A DNA stretch of 63,548 nt, filler included, from Welwitschia mirabilis (taxonomy: Eukaryota), in assembly GCA_051453625.1 (NCBI GenBank). It is 7 parts of one record of this genome, joined end to end, with 100 filler letters (N's around TTAATTAATTAA, not from the genome) between each part and the next. Parts side by side here need not be neighbours in the genome. Positions count along the whole stretch, not along the records: positions 1 to 24,082 come from JBOZIK010000001.1; positions 24,183 to 34,145 come from JBOZIK010000001.1; 5 more parts are not named here. One strand, written 5' to 3'. The notes beneath the pieces were generated by a model. The model had not been told where the DNA came from and ran no database searches. It saw only the letters and a list, made by a program, of their open reading frames with translations. Shown here in pieces: positions 12,603-25,284 of the stretch. Made by a program: the position numbers and the translations under genes. Each line of letters starts with the position of its first letter. Position 1 is the stretch's first letter.

Positions 12603-12616
12603 AAAAAGGGGGCAAC
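12603..12616 (+). promoter_or_regulatory. Polypurine tract of Tat element
   Basis: AAAAAGGGGGCAAC lies immediately before TG at 12617. Confidence 0.8.
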
Positions 12617-14189
12617 TGGACCAAGCAGTGCACACTCCTAGGCGCTGCCTGTCTAAAACAGTCTACAGGCGGTGGACAGTGCTATCGACTGCCAGGGTGG
12701 CACCAGAAAACAAGGCGCCGCCAAGAAACACACTGTTAAAGAAAACCACAGAGCACAGGAAGGAGGAGGAGGGGAAAGAAAATGGAAGTGCAAGGAGAGA
12801 AGCTGAGAGAGAGGGAGATCGGTGGAAAACACGAGAGGCTCTGCAAAGCAAAGCTAAAGAATGCGAGAACTCTGCAAAGTAGAGAACAGAAAGGGGAAAA
12901 CAAGAGGAAGAAAAGGGAAGCCACAAAGGATAGCAGCGAAAACAAACACGAGATAATGAAGGGCAGCAAAAAGCGAAAACGGAGGGGAAAAGAAAAGAGG
13001 AGAAAACAGCAAAAGGAAGAAAACAACGTAGCAGAAAACAGACGCACAAGGAGAGATGCGCAGTAGAACAGAAGAGCGCAGGAAGCCAGGTTTTTTTTAA
13101 ATTTTTTTTCCTTATTTTTGTTTTTTATTGTTTTTTTATTTTTATTTTAAAAACAAAAGAAAGTTTTTCTTTAAAGAAAAATAAGAAATGGGCAATTTAA
13201 ATTTTCTTTTTTTTGTTATTTTTAATTTACTTTCACAAGGCATTTTTATTTTTTTTTAATTTAAAAAAAGAAAAAAGGATCCATTGAAATAGTTTTTTTA
13301 AGTTATATGTTTACAAAAGTTGTCTTTAAAAGCTATTAATTAGGATTTAAAAACAAAATTTCTTGTTAATTTTAAATTTTTTTCTGAAAATAATAAAAGG
13401 ACTTTCCTTTTTTTTTCGTTTTTTCCCAAAAAAAAACCAAAAACAACGAGTAGTCATTCAATTTTCTTTTTCCTTTAAAGTTATACTTTTTTTTGGTTTT
13501 TAAGAAAAGAAAAACAAAAATTAAAAAAAAAATAAAAAAGAACTTAGGAAAATATTTTTTATTGTTTTTTAATTTAAAAAGAAAAAATCTTTTTATTTTT
13601 GAAATCGTATTTAAAACTTTGCCTTTCTTTAATTGTAGCCTTTAAATTTAAAGTTCTCGTAAAACCGAAAAAAAATTTATATTCTGAAAAAAAAAGTGTT
13701 TTATTGGATTAGCATTCGTGTTTTTTTATTTTATGCATTTAAATTTTCGCCAAATGTAAACCTTTTTAGGCCAAAATCGCACAAAATATTACGACATCAG
13801 ACCAAAATAGTCAATCTTAGTCAAATTCAATCAAACCATAACGGTCAAAGTTAGCCATACTCAGTCAAAGTGAGTCAAAATCAGTCAAACCTAGTCAAAC
13901 TGTCAAAGCACAGTTAAACTCGGTCAAAACATAACATTCAAACTTAGTCAAACGGTCAAACAACGGTCAAAGTCAGTCAAAATGAGTCAAATGACATCAG
14001 TCAACATAAGTCAAAGTTAGTCAAACACAGTCAAATGTAGTTAAATTTAGTCAACTCTAGTCAAACTAGGTCAAGTCATTAGCTTTAGCTTAAACTAGCT
14101 TAAATCGTCATCAAACCACCAAAGTTACCTATCATTGAGTAACATTAGAACTAATCCACTATTTACAGGAGATAAAAAGCTCGTAAACA
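12617..14189 (+). repeat. 3' LTR of Tat/Ogre-type element (~1.57 kb)
   Basis: Starts TG right after the PPT; likely ends ...GCTCGTAAACA at 14189, where sequence character changes. No second LTR is present to confirm the end. Confidence 0.7.
13809..14074. repeat. Degenerate ~10-bp tandem array of RGTCAA (reverse complement TTGACY, W-box)
   Basis: 20 RGTCAA hexamers counted, e.g. tcagtcaaag tgagtcaaaa tcagtcaaac ctagtcaaac. Confidence 0.9.
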
Positions 14190-15280
14190 CCTCTAGTTCA
14201 TCAGCTCTCACTATTCTCCTTGTGTAGATCTTATTGGATTTCTTTTAAGCCAAATAAATTCATGCCTGAAAGAAGCTTAAGAAGTAATAGCTAAGGAATG
14301 CAATCTATTGATCTTCGCATGTTGATGGGAGGCTTCTTTCAACATTGCCTGCTCCTTCCTTCTTCTCTTTTACTATTCGATGGATCGATTGCCATTGTGC
14401 TTCGCACTTCTTACTCAATAGACCTCCTATGCACTGTGATTATTGAGGTGATCTCTTGGCTGCGCTATCAATGTCCTTCTACTCTGCCTTTCTAATCTTG
14501 CACCTATCTTGTTTCTGCTGGCTGCGTTCCTTTGTGACATTGTCCATCACTTCTACCTCCCTTCAATTGCATTGGCATACTTTTCTTCGTCAATGGTTCT
14601 CTTTGTGCATAACTTTTGTGCTAGCTAGTTGCTGCATTTTTCTCCTGTGAAGTACCTTTCTTCTTATGTGTCAGCATCTTTCCAGTCTATTCTGTAATGC
14701 CTCTCTTTCTTGGTCCCGCGATCTTTCCACATCACTACCAACTGACTTCCACCTGTGATGATCTATCACCAGCGCTCTTCTAACTATCAACCTAAAACTC
14801 TACTTCTTCTTTTGGATGAATTGTCCTCTGACTAGCATCTTACTTTGGTGGATCCTCATTTCTTCACTACGTTTACTTCTATAGGCTTACTCCTTGTATT
14901 ATATCCTTATCGGGATGGGGATGAATCTTGCGTTTAAAGTTTAGCTCTCTACACAGGACATGATGGTTAAGAGTAGTAATCTTAGCTCATAGATAAAGAC
15001 GTGGCTATTTCCCAGTAGTTAGCTTAGAAAGCATCTTATTAGCATGTTGTGAAGATCAGATGATGTCAAGATTTGAAGACATAGCAATGATGTGTATTTG
15101 GTAAGAAATTAACCCTAAATCCTTAGATAAGCATATCGAATTAAATTCCTCATTGAAATGGTTTCAATCTTGTTTAGTAAACATAAAAAGTAAATAATAG
15201 GTCTTGTAAAGTTGTAGAACAACTGTATGTCAGAGAGTCTAGCCAAATAGATTTGAAAATAAGTTTTACAGAGGATATGA

Positions 15281-18200
15281 AACTAAAACTAAAATAAAAT
15301 TAAATGTTTATTATGTCTAAAGACCCAAAGGATCTATTGGACAAAGGAAATGATTATGTCATAGAATACAAAGATAGATTCAATAAAGTGGCCAACAACC
15401 ACTGGATGTAATATGCAGTGATATTGAATTGTTTTCTTATAGGTTTTGTAGTAACAAAAGAAAAAAAATAAAACATATTCTACATCTTTAAGGGTGCTTA
15501 GATTACACAATTTGCAAGTTTGTTCTTCTATGGGAATGCTATTCCATCTTTCACTTCAATTCTGAGATGATGTGAACTTAATTAAACTTTGCTAATAAGT
15601 TTATATGTCTTTATTGGGATTTTTGCTGTGAGATAGTGAACTGGTGAATCAAACTAATTATGGCAAATATGCTCAAAATAAAACTTCCTCTTGCCTTATA
15701 TATTTATCCATAATTTTATTAGGACATGATTCTTGAGGACACTATAAATCTTAATGGAATTGGTTTGGAAATTATCCCAAGAAGTATTTCTTTTTTGTAT
15801 CCACTACATTTCTTGAAAATACTATCCTTTCTCTTTTGTAACTTAAAGAACTACTCTTGAAAATTTTAGTTACTATGCTTCCATTAGTTTTAAAGTGTAA
15901 GTACAAAACTGACACATGGCTTTGACTTCAATAGGAAAAATATCACATTCTAACGACATTATAAGTTACAGTGTTTGAATTCTTACTTTAATTTTATCCA
16001 ATAATAACAATTTTTGTACTCTCTTAATATCTTTTCAATTTCTTTCACTGATATATGGCCCCCAAAGTGGGTATCCATAAAAAATAGTGGGATACACGAT
16101 GGATTAAAAAAACTTATTTATAAACTTGTTAAGCCCAAATCCCCAGTGAACTACATTTATTTTTTATAGTATAAAAAGCTTTAATTCAATCTTCTATCCT
16201 CTCTTTAATGCATTAATCACATCTATAAGTATTAGAGTAACAAAGACCCCAGTATTGAAAAGTTTCTACTATTTTAATTTTCTCCCTATTGATTTTAAAG
16301 TCAAATTAGGTGTTCTTGGTGCCCTAAATAATTAATTTAGATTTTTTGGTATTTAGTGTCAAACCATAGGATTGACAAAAGTTTTCCAATTTTTGAAGCA
16401 TGTTTTTCATACTTGTCTTCAAAGTAGAAATTAAAGATGTATCATCTCCATAAAGGAGTAATTAAACTACTAATGATAATATCTTAACACCATAGTAATT
16501 ATGTTCTTTACAAAGTTAATCTTATAACTCCTAAATGAAGAGAGCAAAGAGTGTTGGAAAGAGAGGGCATTCCTATTTACTTCTATTATAGAATAAAATT
16601 TAAAACATCTTTGTTGATTGAAGTCTTATATTTTAATTATAACCTCTTTATGTAACCTATGAACAGTAGCAAGATGATTAGGAGAAATTCCAATATCATT
16701 AAGCCGCATCCATAATTTGGTATGATTCACTGAATCATAAGCTTTAGAAAAATCAATAAAACAAAGAAAAATTTTTTCGTTTGGCTTTTTTGCAAAATTT
16801 ATACAATGCCTCAATGTAAGAAAATTATTAATAATGAAATGATGTTGGTGTAAATCTACTTGACAAATCGTTTTGATATGATTTGCTTTTGCCCACTTAC
16901 CAACCTTCTATTCAAGAAGTGTGCCAAAAAGCTTTACAAAAACATTACTTACCACTATCATTCTATAACTATTTAGATCATTCTTATCTCCTTTCTTAAA
17001 TAGCAAAATTACCTTACTTGTTTCCCATCCCTGATTTAATCTGTTTTCCATTGTAAAATTCAGTTTTTTAAAATTTTTTTGTGAATTAAATTTCTAGCCC
17101 ACTTAATTAGCACAACATATAAACCAGTTAAATCATGGAATTTTCATTACCTAATCTATTAATGCCAGCTAAAACTTCTTCAAATGTAATTTGCAAGTAA
17201 TTTTGATAATTAACGATAAATTTTTTCTCACTTATATCTGAAAAAAGATTTTTGTAAAAATCACATATTGCAGAAAAAGAGAAATTTATAGTTAAGGATT
17301 TTCAATGTTAGAAAGAATTCCAAAATTTCTTTGGGTTCTTTTCGATCATACAAATGAAATATTCTTATTCATCTTTAATAAGCTATCTCTTTTTACTTAT
17401 AACAAGGCTTTTGTATCTTTTTCTTACTACTTCCCTTTGATTTCTATCTATTATTTTAATATTTCTCTTTGCATTTATTCATTCATCATTAAACTAGGAA
17501 TTTTGAGTGCATTCATTTTTTCCTTTAAAAGTTTCAGCAGTTTCATTCAGTAAAATTTCTTCAGAATTTTTAGTTTATCTTTGAGATTATCATAGACTTT
17601 TTTTAACTAATTTAAATTCTAATTTTACCTTCGATCTTATTCTTCTTTAATTCTTTTTCTTTTTTTGATTATTTATCTTATGCAAATTTAAAGTAATTCC
17701 TATCACAAATTTCAAATGATGATGAAATGATTCCAACAAATCATTACCTATTTCAAATCCTTCAGAGACTATATTCCTCAAAAGAAGAAAGAACGAAATT
17801 AATACATGAATTTTCTTTGATCCTTGTTATTACACTACCAACTTACATGTATTTAATAGGGTATTCTGAGTTGTTTTACAGGTAAATTAGCAGATAAATG
17901 CTTAGTTCTCATGATAATGAAGAACTGAGATGAAGAGAATGAAAACATGTCATTTCCACTTAAATTATAAGCATTTTGTGTAGATATGGATAAATTATAT
18001 TTTTTATAATAATTCCTACAAACAACAAGTGATCATATTGACTAAAGATTGAAAAAAAGCCATCATCCACCTTATTGTCCAGACGTCAATAGCGGATGAC
18101 ATCTCTAATAGGGCAATAACAAGTTTACATATCCTACACAAGCAGTTAAACTAGGAGCTAAATAGATATCTGATTATCACTCTTTGTCATCTCCTCCATC

Positions 18201-19100
18201 GTCCAAACGATTAGTAGGATGATACTATTCTTTTATACTTTTATTGAATGTTTTCTCGAGTTGTCGCCACTTTATTGCGACTTTCCTTTGCATGTTAGCT
18301 AGGGTTTTTTTATACTTCTCTGTTAGTCTCCCTTTCTTTTCTTTCTATAAATAAGGGTCTTCTCCTTAATACTTAATCATCTTTGATAGCACCTGACATA
18401 CTCATGATAGGAGATCTTAGGACTAGAGAACCATTCTATGATTGCAGAGAGATGTTTCCTTGGGTGGCATTTCCTTCATTGAGAAATGGATAATTTGTAA
18501 TATGAATTTTACATGCTTTTTAATATGAATTATCTTCTTTTGTATTTAATATATGTAGGAACGTATCCCTTATAGTTTATGTTATTTAAGATTCAGTGAA
18601 AAGTTTCTTCTATTATATAGATTATGAGGGCAGCCTTTGTCAAGGTTGAGATTGATTAGTTTAGGTGCATCGTTATTTCTTTTCCTAGATTAGTTTTGCA
18701 TAAATATGTTTTATTTTAATTCCATGCATTGTAATTTATTTCAATAGATTAAGGTTACACATTTTTTCCCTGAAAGTAACTCTTTATTTTTCATACTTTG
18801 GCCTTCGACGGAATTATGACATTTTGGATCACTCCCATCTATAATAGTTTGTTGTGTTTGTGCATAATATTTGTGATTAACAAGATTCATCTTAGGACAT
18901 AAAACGATTGCATAAATACACACTGCAACATACCACTTATTTAATGATCCCTTTAAGCCTTTCCATTTGTTCATTCCAATCCCAATAAATTCACAAAGCT
19001 AATAAACCATTTACCATAGCCATTCACTTATGAATTCATGAGACTTATAGACCTAAGTTAATGGTATTTAATAAAAATTAATAAAGAGTGATCTTAAGAC
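15281..19100 (-). mobile_element. Degenerate non-LTR retrotransposon (LINE, RTEX-like) ORF2: endonuclease, RT, C-terminal Cys motif; split by a solo LTR
   Basis: Minus strand reads VNGYGKW (~19020), NSCINFVLSS (~17800), FLCFIDFSKAYDSVNH (16626-16814), QGCPLSP-like remnant (~16570), LLYGDD (~16450), IFYGYPLWG (~16070) and SSHHLRIEV.RW..IPIEEQTCKLC (~15500-15580). AATAAA plus a short repeat tail lies near 15281-15315. Confidence 0.82.
17828..18930 (+). repeat. Solo LTR, Athila-like family A, inserted in the LINE endonuclease
   Basis: Start tattacactaccaactta and end cataaatacacactgcaaca match family A LTR ends (36203, 42826, 51221). No PBS or PPT flanks it; LINE coding remnants lie on both sides. 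No TSD recognised. Confidence 0.78.
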
Positions 19101-19249
19101 TATTTCAAGTAATGGTTATGATTAAATACACTTATGTTTTTTTAAAAAAAAAACATTATGCTTATTTTGATCATGATTGTTAAAGCCATGTTAACTTGAG
19201 GTCTTTAATTTTTTAAAAAAATGGATGGAATTTTGAAATATACCTTCAT

Positions 19250-20888
19250 ATTATGTTCCCTATGTTTAAATAATTCTTATGAGGTTAAGATATTTCTTAA
19301 GTAGCCTAATTATTCAATGACCCCTCTTTTCTGCATAAAAACTAAATGTGAGAAGAAGAATAAAAATAAAAATATAATATCTCTTCTTCAAAAGCACATT
19401 TCATTAGGTTTATTTAACTGCATCAGAGTTATAGGCGCTCACTGGCAATGCAAATCTAACAATTTATTTCTGACATAACTAATTACATTAGGGCTATAGA
19501 TTCTCTCTATAAATAAAACAGTGATCTCTTCATAAAACAACATGCTTAAATCTTTTGAAATAAAATGTTGTACAATTAAATTATAAATGTGATCCAAAAA
19601 TTCTTGAAAAAAGGGACATATATAATGGTAGAAAAGGTAAATAATGGAAAGAAAAAGTGGAAACTAGAGGCCGTTTGAGTTATCTTTTCTTTAATTTTTG
19701 TATGTAATATTTGCTACTAATTCTTGAATTTGCTTATCTAATACCAAGATCCATTAAAAATCACAAAAATATAATAAATTCATTAACTTAGGTAAGTTGT
19801 ATTTTTTAATTCATAAGTTACATCGTTGAGTCTTTTTTCATATTATCATTCTCATTATCCATTCCACTTCATCCATATTTCATAAGAAATAGCATCATAA
19901 AACATACCTATTTTTATGGATTAACCTTTCGCTTAGCTTGTAAGGAGGGAATCACATTAGATGAAGAAAATAGTCATCTCTCATTAGATAGTTTCCTTTT
20001 CTACATTAGAGCTTAGTTGCATGCTTTATATATTTTTAATTTTTAATAAAAATAAAAGCTGAGATAAATATTTTCTAAGGATATGTTCTCAAAATTACAT
20101 TAACACTTTCCATCTTAAAATGTTGACAACAAAGTTTAGTTTTGGTTGGGGGTATGATATCTCTTTTTCATAGAATTTATTCTAAATTTTTATGTCTCAT
20201 TTTTAAAAATTGATCATAAATTTTTCATAGGCTATATCGTTCTTCTCACTTTAGCATTTTTATTTAAACAAAATTTTCCATGTTGGTCATTTCATTATCA
20301 ACTTTTTACTAAGAGACTAACAAAAGTTTAGTTAAGTAGTGTGTTAACATGTAAAAAATGACATTTATATCAAGTGTTTTAGGTTGTTGTATTATAAATT
20401 AAGACATTAATTTAATTATTTTAATCATAAAACATGTGTTCCATTATGTTTTAAAACTTAATTTTATGCTTTTCTCCATAATAATTATGTATCCTTAGCC
20501 ACGTTTTCAAATACATGGCAGAACATGAACATAATTCTACATAAAACAATGGTGGTAATATACACATTGCAAGGTGACATGTAGTAATATCATTGCAAGA
20601 CATGTGGCACAGACATGTGGAGGTGGCATTAAAAACATGTGACAATAGTACTAGTCAGTAGAGGAATCTAGCTTCAAAGGTCATATGTTGGATTCATCAT
20701 GACAAACCCTTCACGAAACACTATAGGATGAAGATTTCACCTAACACTACATGACAGCCTCAACAAATTGATACATGATAAAGATTATACCTAATACTTT
20801 AGGATAGGATCTTATATACCTAATACTAAAAGATAAAGATTTCATGTAATGCTATAGGATGGAGTTTGTCCATCTTATCTACCATTAT
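19250..20888 (+). mobile_element. Athila-like family B: 3' internal region, PPT remnant and start of 3' LTR (from 20342)
   Basis: 19300-19500 and 20120-20340 are reverse-complement homologs of parts of 41866-42800. The LTR start TGTTAACATGTAAAA matches minus-strand copies ending near 38855, 41863, 57715 and 59520. Confidence 0.65.
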
Positions 20889-20988
20889 NNNNNNNNNNNN
20901 NNNNNNNNNNNNNNNNNNNNNNNNNNNNNNNNNNNNNNNNNNNNNNNNNNNNNNNNNNNNNNNNNNNNNNNNNNNNNNNNNNNNNNNN

Positions 20989-23900
20989 TTCCTATACTCT
21001 TCTATCAATTTTCCTTCTTTTTCTATCTATAAATAAGGGTCTTCCCCTCACTCATTAATCATCTTCGACAGTACCTGACATACTTGTGATAGAAGATCTT
21101 GGGATCGGAGAATCATTCTATGATTGCAGAGAGACGTTACCTTAGTATTGGACAGCATTTTTTCCATTGAGTAGCAGCTACTTTGTAATTATGAATTTTG
21201 CATGCATTTTAATATGAATTATCTTCTTTTGTATTTAATATATGAATGAACTTCTCCCTCATAGTTTATGTTATCTAAGATTTGGTGATAAGCTTCTTTA
21301 ATTATATAGATTATGAGGGCAGCCTTTATCATGGTTGAGCATAGTTAGTTTAGGTGCATCGTTATTTATTTTCTTAGATTAGTTTTGCATAAGAATGTTT
21401 TATTTCAATTCCATGCATTATAATTTATTTTAGTAGATTAGGTCACATAATTTCTCTTGAAAGAAACTCTTTTATTTCCATACTTTGGCCTTCAATAGAA
21501 TTATGATATTTGGATCACTTTCATCTATACTAGTGTGTTGTGTTTGTGTATATTATTTGTAATTAACAGGATTCAGCTTAGGACATAAACGTTACATAAA
21601 TACACACCGTAATATTTTAACACCATTGCCAAGAAAGGCTTCTTGGAGATTGAGAGTTATCGTTGCTTTAGTGAATATTCCAAATGTTTGCTGGAACAAT
21701 GGTGTACCAATACCTTTTGTAAGTGTTTGTTTTAGTTTTCTTTTTGCTAACCTCTAACGTCCCCTTCATCGTTCAGATGTTACAGTCAAACGATTGTATT
21801 GAAAAAAAGGAAAAATATTAGAGAGAGTGGCTCTTCATTACTGAAAATATTAGAGAAGGTTTGATAGATTTTGAAATTGAAACAAATCAAAATAGCAAAG
21901 GTGTGAAAGATTTAGAATTTCTTATAACTTTCGGTTTTAATTTTGTAGAGTCTGATATCATGTCGACCTCTATCTAAAAGCATAAAGAAGTTTTCTCTTT
22001 AAATCCCCTCCTTGTCATTAGAACCCTTACTTTTACTGATTTTAAACCTAATACTCGTGCTACTTTGAAAGATCTTATTACAACCAAAAAACATGAAATC
22101 CAAAGTCCTTTCGAGTTACCTCCTAGTGATGATGTAGAACTTTAAAACTTGAATGCTTACCCTACCTTTAGTAGATAACCTAATGACGATCCTCTATAAC
22201 ACATCACTGAAATCAAACAATTTATTCTTACTTCTGGAAATGGTAAAAAACAAATAAGTGATAGAACCTATATGGTTATCTTTCCCATGATCTTAAGAGA
22301 TAAAACAAAACTTTGGCTTAGAATGATTTCCTATAAGAGCCTGAAATCTTGGAGTCAAGTCCAAGAAGCCTTTATCAAGAGATTCATGAGTGAAACCACC
22401 ATCTAGAAGTATAAAAAAAAAGTCACAAACTTCCAACAATTTTATAATGAAGACTATGCCTTTGCTTATGAATAATTCTTTATTGCTTTACATTCAAACC
22501 CTGTGGATGCCTTTTTTGAGGTATAGTTGATTGACTATTTCTATAGTGGATTGAACAGTCATACCATGGTAGATTTCTCTTACAGAGGCAATGTTATAAC
22601 CCACATTTTGTAAGCTTTAATTAATAGGGTTTCTAAACTATGTAAAATACTTTGATATTAATTTTANNNNNNNNNNNNNNNNNNNNNNNNNNNNNNNNNN
22701 NNNNNNNNNNNNNNNNNNNNNNNNNNNNNNNNNNNNNNNNNNNNNNNNNNNNNNNNNNNNNNNNNNGCATCGTTCACTTAAGGAGAGATGGTCCATGTTT
22801 CATAAGCCAACCTTATTTGATGATCAAATGGAAGTAGAGTACCTTATGTGCTTAAAGAACAACTTGAGCTTGATCATTCCTCAACTAAGTTTTCTGAACT
22901 AAAAAGGAGTAAGTCTGAGTTTGTAACCTATTTTAAAGTCTTAAAAACTGAAAATCCTAAGAATTCTGGTGTTGAGATCAGTCATTTACTATTGACATCC
23001 GGACAACAGTCTAAGATGACAGTTAACTTTTCTGAGAATTTTCTTGAAACCAAAAGTCTGAATCTTAACTTGAACTTGAAACCTTTAGCTAGTGGATTAA
23101 AATATATTTTTTTGAACAGAGATCTGAATAAACCTTTGATTATCAATAAAAATTTTTCACCTCAATAAGAATCCAATCTCATCTCTCTCTTAGGGTCAAA
23201 AGTTCATGTGTTTGCTTGATTCGATAATGATCTATCAAGCATCCCTACTTACATTGTGTAACACAAAATCTATCTTAAAGAAAATTCAAAACCTATGAGG
23301 TAACCCTAATGTAGACTAAATTTAGCCCTAAAGAAAATTGTAAAAGATGAAATTACAAAACTTATGGATGTTAGAATCATTTACTGCATTGTTGATAGTG
23401 AGTAGGTTAGCCCCTTAACAGTAGTACCTTAAAAGGATGGGAAATGACATATGTGTATAGACTTTCAAAAACTAAATAAGGTAACTAAAAAAAACCAATG
23501 TTCTTTACTTTGTCTTGATCAAATTCATGATAGGATTTAGGGACATATCTTTTACTATTTTCTTGACAGTTATAGTGGTTATAATCAAACTTTCATTGCA
23601 CTTAAGGACCAAGATAAAACTACCTTCACTTCTTCTTTTGGTACCTTTACCTTTAAACACATGCCTTTAGAACTTTATAATGCTCTTGGTACCTTTTAGT
23701 GTGCTACGATGGGTATTTTTTTTGATATTCTTGAGGATTCCATTGATATTTTCATAGATGACTTCTCTATCTATGCTAAAACTTTTAAGCAAATTTTAGA
23801 TCATTTAGAGAAAATCTTAGATTAATGCATTACTAGTGGTCTCCACTTGAGTTAGGAAAATACTTATTTTCTTGTAGAGAGTGGCATTGTTTTAGGTCAT

Positions 23901-24082
23901 CACATTTCTCGAGAGGGGATTAATGTGGATGCTTCTAAAGTTAGTATTATTCAAAATCTTAATCCCCTTACAAATGTTAAATAGATGCAATTTTTCCTTG
24001 GTCATTGTGATTTTTACCATCGGTTCATTCATGATTATGCTTCTATTTGTAAACCCCTTCATTCATTACTGGAGAAAGATGC
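20989..24082 (+). mobile_element. Athila-like family A element: 5' LTR end (to 21614), PBS, gag remnant (~21960-22666), RT remnant (~23260-24082)
   Basis: The LTR part closely matches 18310-18930. Gag reads FPMILRDKTKLWL..SLKSWSQVQEAFIKRF. RT reads VSPLTVVP*KDGK*HMCIDFQKLN, FLDSYSGYNQ and IFIDDFSIY. Confidence 0.88.
21618..21635 (+). promoter_or_regulatory. Degenerate tRNA-Asp primer binding site
   Basis: TAACACCATTGCCAAGAA versus canonical TGGCGCCGTTGCCGGGGA; all differences are G>A. It lies directly after the LTR end. Confidence 0.7.
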
Positions 24083-24126
24083 NNNNNNNNNNNNNNNNNN
24101 NNNNNNNNNNNNNNNNNNNNNNNNNN

Positions 24127-24138
24127 TTAATTAATTAA
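24127..24138. other. Artificial scaffold linker TTAATTAATTAA (also 34190-34201, 47503-47514, 57082-57093, 60881-60892, 62161-62172)
   Basis: Identical six-frame-stop 12-mer, each time centred in ~44+44 N. Confidence 0.97.
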
Positions 24139-24182
24139 NNNNNNNNNNNNNNNNNNNNNNNNNNNNNNNNNNNNNNNNNNNN

Positions 24183-24990
24183 TCTCTTAACAGTAAGGGT
24201 GACCGAATAGTTAGTTAAGGGTGATTGTATAATACCCATAATATACCTTTACAAGATTAAACAGTTAAGTAAGGGCGACCTAAATAAGGTCAACCACCTA
24301 TTTACATAAGGGCACTAAAAGTTCATCTGCTCCAGACTGAGAAATCTGTGTCAAACAAGGGTGACCAAATAAATGAACTTAGGGCAACTGAATGTTGCTA
24401 TTTAAATCTATAACAAATATGAATCAAACAAAAGCGACCAAAATAAATAAATAAGAAAAACCAAGATTATTTAATGGTCAACCTGATGTATTACAAAAAT
24501 AACCATTATGTTTTAATGGTTCATCCAAAAAGTGCAAAATTCTATACAATGGTTTACTTCTTTTTTCATTCAATAGTTACCTTGTCTAATTTCTCTATTT
24601 AAGTATCTTTTCACTCAAATGGATGATCCCTTTTTTTTTCATCAAGCACACACAAAGAAAAAAACTATTACATCAATTAATTTTTGTACCTGAATAAACT
24701 ATGAGTTTAGATTTCTATTTGAGTATCTTATTGCATAATCTATTGTGAGAGGTTGTTGTACTACTAGGAAGCATATTTGTGCACCTATGCACTTAGCTCA
24801 CTTTCTTTCTATCATGGTTATGGATTAGCCAAAAAATCCTCTGATGATATAATAGATTTATGGTGATCCTAAAAACTAGTCTTTGAGGTTAATATATGCC
24901 AACCAAGGGTAGGAGGTCTAAGGGGATAAAAGGTGGTGTTTATCCACCATTAAAAATATTTTACACTTATATTGGTACACTTTATTTTTA
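24183..24990 (+). repeat. LTR-like segment with repeated AGGGYGACC motif (possibly copia/Sirevirus-type LTR)
   Basis: Five to six variants of agggtgacc/agggcgacc at 24196-24440, then a TATA-like ctctatttaa near 24595. Termini not identified. Confidence 0.35.
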
Positions 24991-25284
24991 TTTATAGGTT
25001 GTTGAAGAGGACTAATTTTGGTACTAAGACCTAAACAAATATTTTAAGATTGATTTTTCTCACTTTCTAAGCACCTCTTACCATTTCCAAAAGGTTCTTT
25101 AGCCCTTGTAGATTTTTCATGTATTTATAATTTATAAAATTATTAAAATAGTAAAAGGGAATTTTTTAAGGAATAAGGTTAAGAGTGGAGTCTATATTAT
25201 ATCCTTTGCATTATCTTCTAATTAAATTCTCTAACAAAATATAAGAAATAAGATCAAAATTACAAACTCTCACCTAGCAAAGGA

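Noticed and set aside
12421-13066. Four overlapping ORFs of 94-153 aa on both strands
   Set aside because: They arise from a purine-rich, T-poor LTR segment; low complexity and no domain.
13809-14074. CRISPR-like reading of this array or of 38330-38560
   Set aside because: No identical repeats with unique spacers, no cas genes, and a eukaryotic LTR context.
24127-24138. Recurrent palindromic TTAATTAATTAA islands
   Set aside because: Always centred in N runs with stops in all six frames; an assembly concatenation linker, not biology.
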